From Paraspadella gotoi (lineage: Eukaryota > Animalia > Chaetognatha), in assembly GCA_051294375.1 (NCBI GenBank), contig JBJCIZ010000239.1, positions 6,491,539-6,555,538 on the forward strand: a stretch of DNA of 64,000 bases, read 5' to 3'. Positions within the stretch are counted from its first letter, which is position 1, and every line of letters begins with the position of its first letter. The notes beneath the pieces are model-generated. The model ran no database searches, was not told the DNA's origin, and saw only the letters and a program-made list of their open reading frames with translations. Positions 1 to 12,200 of the stretch are shown in pieces. A program made the position numbers and the translations under genes.

Positions 1-460
1 GGAGAGGAAGAGGGGGGAGGGGAAAAGGGGAAGGTGGGAGAGAGAGGAGGAGGAGGAAGAGTGAGAGGGGAAAAGGGGAAGGTGGGAGAGAGAGGAGGAG
101 GAGGAAGAGGGGGAGGGGGAAGGGGAAGGTGGGAGAGAGAGGAGGAGGAGGAAGAGAGGGAGGGGAAAAGGGAAGTGGGAGAGAGAGGAGGAGGAGGAAG
201 AGTGAGAGGGGAAAAGGGGAAGGTGGGAGAGAGAGGAGAGGAGGAAGAGGGGGAGGGAGGAGGGGAAAGGTGGGAGAGAGAGGAGGAGGAGGAAGAGGGA
301 GGGAAAAGGGGGAAGGTGGGAGAGAGAGGAGGAGGAGGAAGAGTGGGAGGGGAAAAGGGGATGGTGGGAGAGAGAGGGGAGGAAGAGGGGGAGGAGGAAG
401 GGGAAGGTGGGAGAGAGAGGAGGAGAGGAGGAAGAGGGGGAGAGAGAGGAGGGCGAGGAA
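1..460. repeat. Polypurine (G/A) minisatellite
   Basis: Recurrent GGAAAAGGGGAAGGTGGGAGAGAGAGGAGGAGGAGGAAGAG. Confidence 0.9.
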
Positions 461-687
461 TAAGAAGGGTGGGAATATTGGGAAAAGACGGGATTCCATA
501 AAAAAAATCATAACTTGGAAATGGCATTCCTTGTTTTTTTTATCCTGATAGCCATAATCATTGTATAATGTGTAATCAATGTATAATTACTTTCTCAACG
601 CGTCAACCATGGGGCGACCCAAAGTCTCAAGGCTGCGACACTTTTTCTACAGCATAAAATTGCAGCATCTCTCTGCCGCATAGAAAC

Positions 688-777
688 CTCATGATGTAGA
701 TGGTGATGATGGCGAAGAGAACGTTGATGAAGGCGATGACGAGGTGAACGACGATGGAGACGAACCAGTACATCGAT
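688..777 (-). CDS. ABCA exon (TMD2)
   Basis: [29 protein letters not shown]; CAG/GTTTCT. Confidence 0.85.
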
Positions 778-3700
778 CTGTGAATGAGTGAAAGTGTGAA
801 TGTCTAGATGAATAAGAAGATGAATGATAATGACGAATGGAGGTGAATGGAATTTAAATAATAATAATAATTTAATAATAATTGCAAAATAAAAGAAAGG
901 TGAAAATGACTAATGCCAAACCTTGTTTTAATGCCTTATTTTCCCAAAAAAAGCCCTATCAAATCTTTGGGATGTGAGATCATGGATTAGGGATTTAAGA
1001 TTAGGGTGAAGGATTAATTTTTGGATTAGAGTTAGAGAATTGTGTTATGGATTTGGTAGCGGAGTAGAGCTAAAATTAGGTTCAGGGTTTTATACTTTTT
1101 TAAACCAAAAAACAAAACAAAGAAAAACAAAACCAAAAACGAAACCCAGAATCAAAAGAATTAACGATCCAACCTGGAAATACCCATGAGGGCTAATTGT
1201 GAGCGCAGTCCCGAGGTCCGCATCAGAACTTCCTCCGAACAAATGATGGACGGCAGAGGGATGAAGGAAATGTACTCAAACTCTTGGGTGAATACCATGG
1301 GAGAAAGGTCCATGGGAAACGGGTAAGAGAATCCCTAGTGATAGGAAAATTCCCAAAATATAATTTGCATATAATAGTACATTATTTAAATGGCTATTGA
1401 TTGATTAGTATTCTGTTTTGATATGTTATCAAGTTTTAGGTTTTACGACTATCGTTACTGTTGAATAATATACATTAAGGCGTAGTAAAATTTCTAAATT
1501 TAACTTTAATTAAAATTCTAAAAGTGAGGAACGAACAACATTATATTAATGAACATTTATGTATTAAAAAAATTTATAATAAATTTTACAATTTACGCAG
1601 TAGGCCATATTTATACTAGTACTAAATCAATAAATGTTAAAATTTCAAAACAGTTTTTTCTAAGATTTTTTTGCAGATTTGGATTCGTCATAAAAAGTTG
1701 ATATAAAGAAATATAACTCTTTTTGAAAAATTCCTTCATTAAGTGGGTCAAAAATTAGAAAAAGCTATATTTTAAGCTGAAAATTAACTTTTTATATATT
1801 AAATATAGTTTTTTAAATTTTTAACCCACTTAATGAAATAATTTTTAAAAATGATTTATATTTTCTTATATCAACTTTTGACGAGGAATTCAAATCTGCA
1901 ATCAAAATTAAGAAAAGCTTATTTTGAAATTTTTCGATTTTATAAGGATAGTACTATATATAAATATAGCCTACTGCGAAAATTAAAAAACATAAAATTA
2001 ATTTTTTTTACAAATTAATGTTCACTGATGGTATGTTGTTCATAATTGACTTTTAGAATTTTCGTATGTAACTTTCACTACGCCTTAATATACATATTAA
2101 TGGGTTTTTTTGTTATGTTATTGATAAGGTGATTTAATTATTTTAAACAACTGTGAATTAAACAGAGAGACAGAACGAGCTATTTCAGTGAACACGATGC
2201 GAGAACATTTACAAAAATTAAAGGCTGTACAAAGTCTGCATAATACTATTATGCTATTATTAATAGCAGCAAAGTTTCTAAAAATATATAATTCATAGCC
2301 TCAATGTTAACCCTTCACAGCCTTTCTCTCTCACCACTATGGAAGCGTTGACGGTAGAAGCGATGAGATTACTAACGTAATTGATGACAGCTGGCACGGC
2401 CAAAGTCCCAACCGGGTGATAATAAATGGTGAGGTCGGTGTTGTACTTACTCACCGGCCGCGCGAACGGGTCGAACTTCCTTACCTGCCGAGAAAAAGTG
2501 GGAGGAAATGAATGAATTATGGTGGACTAAAATCCGCCAACCGTTCATCAGCGGCCATTGGTGCCCGAGGCAAGTCATTCGCCTCCCAACCCAAAGGTAC
2601 GGGGTTCAAGCCGGGTGGTCGCATCGAGGTTAAGAGGGACGGGACGCTTAACCCGCCTGTATCATGGTGTTACAGCCTGATCCGAAGCGCAGGGACTGCT
2701 TATATTCTGTCACTAACACATAACAATAGTTACTGTTTCTTCAGAATTATTAATAGCTCAACTTACTCAACTTTTTGTTATGAGCTAAATTAGTTTGTTT
2801 CAATTCGTAATAAGCTTTTTTTCTCCAATCTCATTTATTATTTGCTTTAGCTAAAACTCTAGCTAGTTTTTTTGTCATTGTGAGAAGACATCTTAGTTGA
2901 AGTACAAGATTTAGGGTTAACTATTAGGGTTAGTGATTAGATTAAAGTTAGAAAATAAGATTAGGATTTATATTCTGGATTTGATAAAACTTTTACGAAT
3001 AGATCGGGTAAAAATATTAAGGGTTAAAATCAAATTCCAAATTAAATTCTAAAGAACCGAAAATAGTGCTAGTCTGTTGCATAAAGTCAGCGTTGGTAAC
3101 GCTCCCTTCAAATTCATCATTGATCCAATTTTCCGCTTCAAACCTTCAACCCCATGGGAAACATCTTAAACGTCTTGAACGCTTTTCCGAATCCTTCCTT
3201 CAGTGAATACTTTTTCTCCCCGTATTTGTAAGTCTTTTTCTCACTCATTCGCTTGTAAGTGTTGGTAAAGGCCATGTAATATTGTTTAAATTCTTCAAAG
3301 TAGAGGGATCTGGAAAAAAGAGAGCGTGTGGTTTTTTTTTTTGTTGGTTTGTTTAAAAGCACTGTTGTGGTAGTACGTTTTACCCTTCAACTCGGCTGAG
3401 AATCAACAGCAGCTATGGCGCCGGAGGTAACATGCACTCCTCCCCACTCACCAGGTTAGGGTTCACAACCTGCTAAGGGGCGTCTAGCCCACCTGTAGTG
3501 ACGGCCTACAGCTCGCGGCATTGTCCTCCAGTGGTTAGCCAAAACAATCATGCTGATACGCTACACCTCTGCCCGGGCCTGTTAAAACAACTCTGCCCTC
3601 AACCAATGTGGAAAGACGGGAGCAGGGACAGACAGCCGTCGAAAGGCCACTCAGCAGCATCAGACCAACTGCATTCAGCCATCACACTTTAGGGGCGTCC

Positions 3701-6209
3701 GACGCCGAGGGAGGATTTGTTGTGGTAGTACATAATACCACACAAGTCATCCAAGAATGAGCAGCACTTATGCTGCCAGAGGTAGCAACGCAAAGACTTG
3801 GGTTCGTTCCCTGCTGATTTCAGACAAGTGAGGGTGATGAGGTGTCTAACCCACTTGTAGTGACAGACTACAGCACAGTCTAAAGTTTGGGACCTTGTGT
3901 GCAATGAATGATGGTTCCTGGCATCGTTTTTTACACCACCCTATTTTAACCTCAAATTTTTTCTAAGTTTAAACATTAGGCTCAGGGTGAGGGATTAGAG
4001 TTAAGGACTACTTAATATAGATTAGGTTAGGGATTAGGGTTAGGGATTTTGTTTGTAGTTCTAGATAAAGATTAGGTCTTAGAATTAGGATTAAAGTTAA
4101 GCATTACGGTTAGGGATTGAACATAGTCTCAGTAAAAGATTAAGGTCTAACTTAAAAATTATAACTAGACTTGAGGGATAAAGGAACAGATATAAGGGCT
4201 TTTGTGGAAGAAAGTTTTGGGACTTTTTGAAACTGTTCGATAATTTGAATCATCTCGAGTAAGACAGGTGTCATGCTTAAAGGCGGGGTGAACTTATGCA
4301 CCGACTACACCCCTTGTCACCTTAAAACTCCTTCACCCAATTTCTAACCCACCCCAAAAAATGAAAACCCCTTACCGGTCATCGAAGATGTTTCTGTTAG
4401 AAAAACGAATGTTGTAGAGCGGCCACTGGTGAGGCCACTCGCTAAGCGGCGACCGCCGCGGCGGAGACGGTAGCCGAGGCGGTGGCCGAGGCGATGGCGT
4501 GGAGGGTGTTGTTGAAGGGGGTGGCGACGACGTCGACGACGATGTTGGCTTCTCGGTCCCCTTCTTTGGCGACTTCTTCGGTCGTTTCTTCGGTCGTTTC
4601 TTCGGCAGCGGCGTCTTTGGCATACCGATCATTCCCAGGAGTCGCTCGCAGTGTCGGCATTCGCTCGTGTCCCAGAGGAAAGGATAAAGAGTCATGACTT
4701 TGTCCGGGAGGAAGGGGTAGAGCTGCGGTTTCTTCACGTGCATCTGGTTGATGGCACCAAGGTAAGCAGCGACCTTCGCGTTGAGTTCCAGTTGTTTAGG
4801 GAGAAGACGAACGATTTTTTTTTCGAAGGTTTGTCGCTGTGGATATTGAAGGTTAGGATAGAGTTAGATCGATGGAGGAAGATAAAGATTAAGTCGGGGG
4901 GGCTAAGATGGTCACAAGTTAGTCGCAAGATAGTCTTTTAAGTACATGAATGGCTAGTGCATAGTACAACAAAAGATTCCCTGGTCTAAAATTGGAGGGG
5001 GTTGTCTTATTAAAACATTCATTGAATTATTTATCCATTGATAAGGAAGCCAGATGCACTGGAACTTCCTTAACTAGACTGTGGGAGAGTCTTGATTGAA
5101 AGCTGGCGGAATCTCGCTATGAAATAAGTACCACTTTAATAAAAATTATACTTTTATTGAATAAACAAGTTATCTTGCCCCTGACATTAGTCTCTGGATA
5201 GTCTAGGGTCGGTTTTTGGCCTTCATCGCTCATACAAGATTTTAACAAGATCCTGAACGTTTTCAATTAGGACGCAATCATAGTTTAGTTTACTTACTCC
5301 CTTTGTGCTCGGCTTCCCTATCAACATTATTTCAACGGGATGATTGTAAATATCTTGTAAAAATGGCGGCTCTCTCTCTCTCTCCCTCTCCCAACTTCCT
5401 CCTCCTTTTTTCCCTCCCCCCTTTCCTGCAGAGTAAAAAGGAAGGACTTGTCTTTCAATCTCTTTTCGTTGACGTAGAGTGAGAGATTTGTCCCGTACAC
5501 CGTCGGGTTGGTTGGGAGACAAGTGACCCCAGCCTGACAGGAAGTTTGATGAGAGTACATGACCCCGCTGATGTAGCCGAGGAAGACGGGGCTTTGAATG
5601 AACATCATGAGCATGAGGTAGAGGCCAGGGAAGAGGAAGATCATCACGGCCGACGCTTTCTGCTTAACCTACGGACGGGATGTGCGAATACGGAAGGGGG
5701 GCGGTGGGGTTTAGGGCGTGGGTTAGGTGTTGAGGAAGTAGGGGTGTGGTGAAGGGGGAAACTTTGGACTTTAAGCAAGTCTCTTACCCACATTTTTACG
5801 CCCATACATACTGATGTATTTGAAAAAGCAATTTTGAACTTTAAATGTATCATAAAAATACCGAGACTATGGATAATTTCTTGAAACAGAGCGTCATAAC
5901 GTCTCTGCTCTACAAATAATTTTTTTTTATTTTGAGGCATGCTAAGTACCATGGTTTTGAATTTGATATTAAACATGGCGTTGAGCTTCTGAAAAGTCAG
6001 CTTAGGTCCAGGTTGTGTGACTTTCCCCATTTTAGGCAACTTGGCTCCTCGTCTGACGTGGAGAGAGAAAAAGAAAAAATGGAGGAAAATAAACTAAAAA
6101 AATTAAAATTGTAATATTTGTCCAAATTTCTTTTTTTTAAACATCAATTTTCTGCATCGCATTCTGGCTATTCCATCTAAACAGACGACAAGAACAACAA
6201 CGACAATCA

Positions 6210-6245
<36 letters not shown>

Positions 6246-9200
6246 TTCTCTTTCTTTCTCTTTCTCTTTCTTTCTCTTTGTACGTATATATTCATTGTCA
6301 TTGCTAATGTATTTATTTTATGAAATTCATAATTTTTAATTTCGTGCACTGATTAAAAGAATAGTATATAAATGACAAAAAAATTATATTATATTAGTAA
6401 AATTCCTTTTACAGATAAAACATTACCGATGAGATGAAAAAATGAAATACTAAATATAAAATATTGAATAATAAATAATAAAATAAATCAAATCAAATAT
6501 TACAGATAAAATATTAGAGATTAGTTATGACATAATATATATTAAAGATATATAAATCTAAAAACTTCAAATATTCTTTAAAAGTCATCACTTGTACTTG
6601 CACTGCCTATCCATAGTGAAATACAATCATTACTTATAAATTTTCATAAAAATAAAGCATTATATATAAAATATATATATAACAGATTGAAAAAAAGGCT
6701 ATGCATTCTGGACCCTCGCCTTTTCTGTCCAGCCTTGGGCAACAAATTCAGTGTGGAAAGGTCGATCTTGGATTTCGTTTTCGCTTGTAAAGAAGGGGAA
6801 TCGGAATCGGATTTCTCTGTAGGGGGGGAGGTGGGGGATGAAAAATGGGGTGGCCGGGGGAGGGGGGGTGAATATTAAATCAGAGGGGGAGTTATTAATT
6901 AAGTTAGATGTTAAAATTAAAAAAAAAAACTATAATGTTAACCTAAAAATTAAAAACGGGTATAATAAGTATTATAATTTGATAAAATAATTTTGAAAAC
7001 AATTAATTATACCATCTTTTAACGACTCAAATCTTACCTTATTATTAAAAAACAGATTATTTTAAAATTTTGACTTATTTGTATGTATTACTACTTTTAA
7101 ACATAAAATAAACTTACCAAAATATTTTTAAAGGTTATTATTTTTGTTTTATTCAATCAATTTGACAATCTTTTCTTATATTCAGAATTAAGTTTGTTTC
7201 AAGGTTATGCATTAAGATTTGATTTTAGTTAGGAATTAGGGTTATAGATTAAGGTTTAGGTTTATAAGATAAGGTTAGGGATTTAAGTGAGGAATTAGAA
7301 ATTGAAATTAGAAATTAAGGTTAAGGAATGATAGGTAAAACTGAATATTAACCGTGTAGGATCTTCCCGGTTGGTAATTTGTTTTCTGCTTTAAAGCACT
7401 GACTTAAAAAAATATTTTTTTTGTAAAAAAAAGAATAGTTGTTTTTCAAAAACCACCCCTAACCCTAATATTAACCACCCCTAACCCTTGCTACACTTAA
7501 CCCTAACTACCCCTAATCCTAACCACCTTAACCTTAACCACCCCTAACCATAACCACCCCTAACCCTCGCCACCTCTAAGCTCTAACTTTAAATACCCTT
7601 TACCTTAATCAAACTTTATTTTTTTCCTAATAATATCAAACCAAGGTAATGATATATGCAAATAAAAAAATAACCGACCGTCTCGGTTGTGGTCGGCGAA
7701 AGTACAATTATGCCGAATGATTTTTAGGGCGAGGAATTTGAAAAAAAAAAGTTCAGCTGGATGAGGAAACAGAAATGGGGGCGCTGTCCGGGAAAAAAAA
7801 TAATACTAGGTTTTAAAATTATATAATTATATCTTAATAAATTCTAATACTCACCCATCTGATCCTCCATGCTGACCGCACCCAGCTCGTCGATCATCTT
7901 GAGAAAGACCTCGTCCAAGGACGTCATCGAGATCCCGTAGTTCTCGATCCCGAGATCGGCCAATGTGGCAGGATCCTCCAGGCTGGCGAAGAGAAGCGGG
8001 AACTGAGCCGCGGATTCGCGGGGGAGAGTGAAGATGATTTCCTGTGAATATCGGAGAGTGAGATAGGGGGGTGAAGGGGGAGAGTGAAGATGATTTCCTG
8101 TGAATATCGGAGAGTGAGATAGGGGGTGAAGGGGGAGAGTGAAGATGATTTCCTGTGAATATTGGAGAGTGAGATGGGGGGTTAGGGGGGGGAAGAAAAA
8201 GGGTGAAGTGGAGGAAGGAGGGAGGTAGGGGTTAAGTCAGTGGAGTGCCCAAACCATTCTTTGTAAAGTTGAAGGAAATATAGAATTATTTATGTAACTT
8301 GGCAAAAATGAAATCGGTTTGGGTCTTTTTTTAAAAGAAACCTTAAATGTTATTGGGTATTTTTTCAAATGTCTTAACTTTAATGAAAGTAATTTACTAA
8401 TTATTGTAAATAGAAACTTTGTGTTGGGCCTTAATGTTGTCTTTTAAATTGTTTTTTTTTTACTCAAAGCCTAACCTTTTCCACATCTAAATTCTTACCT
8501 CTTTGGAAGCCTCACCTGGCCGTGCAGCCTCCCCAGCGTCGCCGAAGGCAGATAATTCATCACGAAGTTCGCTATTTTGTCCACGTTCACTGATCCTTTT
8601 GTCACGAGGTTCAGGTGATAACCCAGGCCGAATCTGTAGATAAGTTTGGCCTTTTTTTACCAAAACGTCCCGTTTTATCTTGAATTCGGAATTACATGGC
8701 TGACCAATTTTACAAGCGCCGGTAGAAATACGTTTTCATTTGCAAACCAGTGGTTATTTCATTGATTTAAAAATTAGTTGAGTATAAAATACTAAAACTA
8801 TTTATGTGTTAAAATTTTATATTGATCAGTTAAGATATGTCTTGACAATGAGTGGAGAAAGTTGGCTTTTTCAAATCGGGGTTTAATTTTCCAACTCACT
8901 TTTTTAAATTAAATTTTTTTTTAACTTTTAGCACTTTTTTAAAAAAAAATATTTATTAAATATTAACATTATTAATATCCTCAGAAAGCCTTTAAAAATA
9001 TGAAGAGAATGATATCTTTACGAAAGCTCTAACATAAAAAGTGGCTGCCCAGCCTTGGTTCAATTAAGAGTGTCAAAAGTAAATTATTTAAAATTTTAAA
9101 TTTAAAAAAAAAAAATTTTTATGACCTGTTTAAATTATTATAACATAAAATATTATTATTTATCATGAAAGAGCCTGAGAAAAAAGGATTTAAGATAGCC

Positions 9201-12200
9201 AATCACAATTTAAATTTACTCTCCAGCTATTGATTTTTAAAAAGATGTCTCGTTTTTGAATATCCTAATTAAATTAAAGCTGGGCCAGTTAAATTTTATA
9301 CTACAGTATTTGTAAGTACGTCATTCTTTTTAGATTTGAAAGGGCTTTCAGAAGATAATAAAATTAATATTATTTTTTTTCAAATTTCTTTAGAAAACTT
9401 AAGAGAGAAAAAAATTAAATCTAAAAAAAGTGAGTTGGAAAATAAACCCGATTTTACAAGCCAACTTTCTCCACTCTCATTGTCAAGGCATATCTTAACA
9501 GATCAATATAAAAATTGAACACATAAATTATTTTTATATGTTTTATTTAACTAATTTTTAAAATCATTGAAATAACCACTAGTTTGCAAATGTCAGCGCT
9601 TTTTTACCGGCGCTTGTAAAATTGTCACCATGTAAATCAGATTTTACGTTTTTAAAGCTCAGGTTAGAAATTAAGGTCAAAGATTTAGGGTTAGGGTTAG
9701 GGTTTAGAATTTGGTTCGTCATACAGATTAGGGTAAAAGAATATGTTATGGGTTTTAAAATAAAGGAGAATTAAATATTAATGTTAAAATAAAATTCAGA
9801 GATTAAGGAACAGAAATAGAGCACTTTTTAGAAAAAAAAGTTTAAAGTTGAAACTTTAATCAAATCCATTAGGAACAGAAATGGGGCGGTTTCAGAAAAT
9901 AGTTCTCATACTTATTCTTCAGAAACATTGAGGAGCCCATGCACTGGAGGTATCCGTTGATGAGGATGGCCTTTCTGTCGGCCAGGATGTCGGCTTCGTC
10001 CATGAAGTGTGTCGTCAAGATGATTACCTTTTTTTCGTTTTTTGGGGGTTTTTATAAATAAATTGATGAATAAATAAATAAATGATTAATAAATAGAATG
10101 ATTGATAAACAGTGATTAAGAAAACGTGAGAAAGTGAGAAAGAGAAAAGAGCAAAGAGTGAAAGAAAAATATGTTAAAATTTCAAAAACAGTTTTTTCTA
10201 AGATTTTTTTGCCATATTTGGATTCGTCATAAAGTTGATATAAAGAAATATAACGTCTTTTTGAAAATTCCCTTCATTAAGTGCGGTCCCAAAAATTTTA
10301 GAAAAGATATTTTAGCTGAAAATTAACCCACGTTTCTTTATTATAATTCAAATATAGTTTTTTAAATTTAACCCACTTAATGAAATAATTTTTTAAAAAA
10401 TGATTTTAATATTTCTATTATTCAACTTTTGACGACGGAATTCCCAAAATCTTGCCCAATCCCAAAATGTTTTTGTGTATAATATATGGTACATTGTCTA
10501 TGGTCAATTATATCATTAATCGCACTTTAACATTTATACAATAATATTTATAAATTTAAATTTTTTTTTATTTTTTATCTGCCAGTGATGATTCTTTTCG
10601 AAAACCACATCATGTATATTTTTAAAAATTTTTATTTACTTTTTGTTTTATCTATCTTGTTTTTTCATCAATTCTTTTTTTTTTTTATATAACAAATTTT
10701 TTTATTTTTATATTTCTTTTCTCGCGCCCACCCTATCCCGCTTTTGCTGCGTGTGATACACATCTACTCCGATACGCCTTTCTCTCGCTGCTCCATCATT
10801 TCCTAGCCTTGTGTTTAGAAAATACTTACTTAGGTGGATGTGACTCTGTATTCAAATTTTATATCTTAATTTACTTGTTTAAATTCTTTATTTTAAAACA
10901 ATTTTAATATAATTTCTTTAAATATTTTTCTTTTAATTGAATTTGGTTTATCTTTTAAAAATTGTAATTTAAAAAAAATATATTTTTATAATTTTAAATT
11001 TTTTTTTGTTTAAATAAATCTTGTGTGATTCTCTTTTTCTTGTTGTTTCAAAAAAAAAATATTTTTTAAAATTATTATCTTTAATTTATTTTTAAAAAAT
11101 TGATTTTTGTTTGTTTAAAATTTTGTTAATTAATCATCTTTATTTCAATGTATTTTTCGTCTTATTCCTTTATTATTATCAAATCATTTAATTTTTAATT
11201 AATAATTTTTTTTAAAAATATAAAATTTATAAATTTACTTAAAATCTGTTTTTTAATGTTTTTCAAATTTAAAATAGTTACTTTGTGTCTAATTAATTTA
11301 CCTGATATGTTTCTTCAATGAATTTCAATTTTGTGTAAAGATAAAATATTTTTATTTTTTATTTTAAAATTTATTTGTTTATTGTTTTTGTTGTTTGTTT
11401 TTATTTTTTAATATCTTTTAATTCTTTATGTTTATTTTTGTTAAATTATTTTTTATTTTAATTATTGTTTCTTCATTATATTTTTATTATAAAATTTTTT
11501 TTTTTATTTTTATTTTTTTTAATTTAAATTACTATTTACAAATTTGTTATAATTTTTTTCTTTAAAATTTATTTAAAAGTATATTTGTTCTAATTTATTT
11601 TTTTTCACAAATATAAATTATTTTTATGAAATTCTTTTTATTTTTATTAAAATTTTATCAATTTTATTATTTTTGTTGTTGTATTATTAATTTTTATTTG
11701 TTTTTTATTCTATTATTTTTTTTTAATAATTTTTCTTATTCTTGTAAAAATGATTTATTTTAATTTTTTTAAAAATTTTTCTTTTTTTTATTATTTTTTA
11801 TTATAAAAATTGTAATAATTTTTATTTCAAAAAAATAATTTGTATTCTTTTTTTTATAAAAAATTTATAAATTTAATAAATTTTTTCTTCATTTTATTTC
11901 ATCCATTATATTTTACATTTAATTTTTTTTAATTATTGTTCTTTAAAAAAACCAATAATTTTTATTTATTATTTTTATTATTAATTTTTTTTTTTTTATT
12001 CTATTTCTTTTATTTTTTTTAAAATTAATTAAATTTTGTTTTTAATTTTTTATTATTTTATTTTTGTTAATAAATTTATTTTCTTAAAATGTTTAAAATT
12101 TTTTTTTAATTTTTTTATATTTTTTTTTTTTAAATTTTTTCAAAATTCTTATTTTTTTATAATTATTTTTTTTTTTTTTTTAATAATTTAATCTTTATTA

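Noticed and set aside
34-548. G/E/R-rich ORFs
   Set aside because: Translation of a polypurine minisatellite inside an ABCA intron
2551-2623. Functional tRNA-Gly
   Set aside because: D, anticodon and T stems pair poorly; treated as a SINE head
3377-3930. Hammerhead, pistol or hairpin ribozyme
   Set aside because: No CTGANGA...GAAA core in the right arrangement and no complete pistol or hairpin motif set
6143-6176. Possible 34-nt ABCA exon ([11 protein letters not shown])
   Set aside because: Including it puts the next exon out of frame; the flanking exons join in phase without it
7679-7756. Possible 78-nt ABCA exon
   Set aside because: Phase-compatible, but weak donor, no recognisable motif, and the frame depends on a homopolymer that differs between copies
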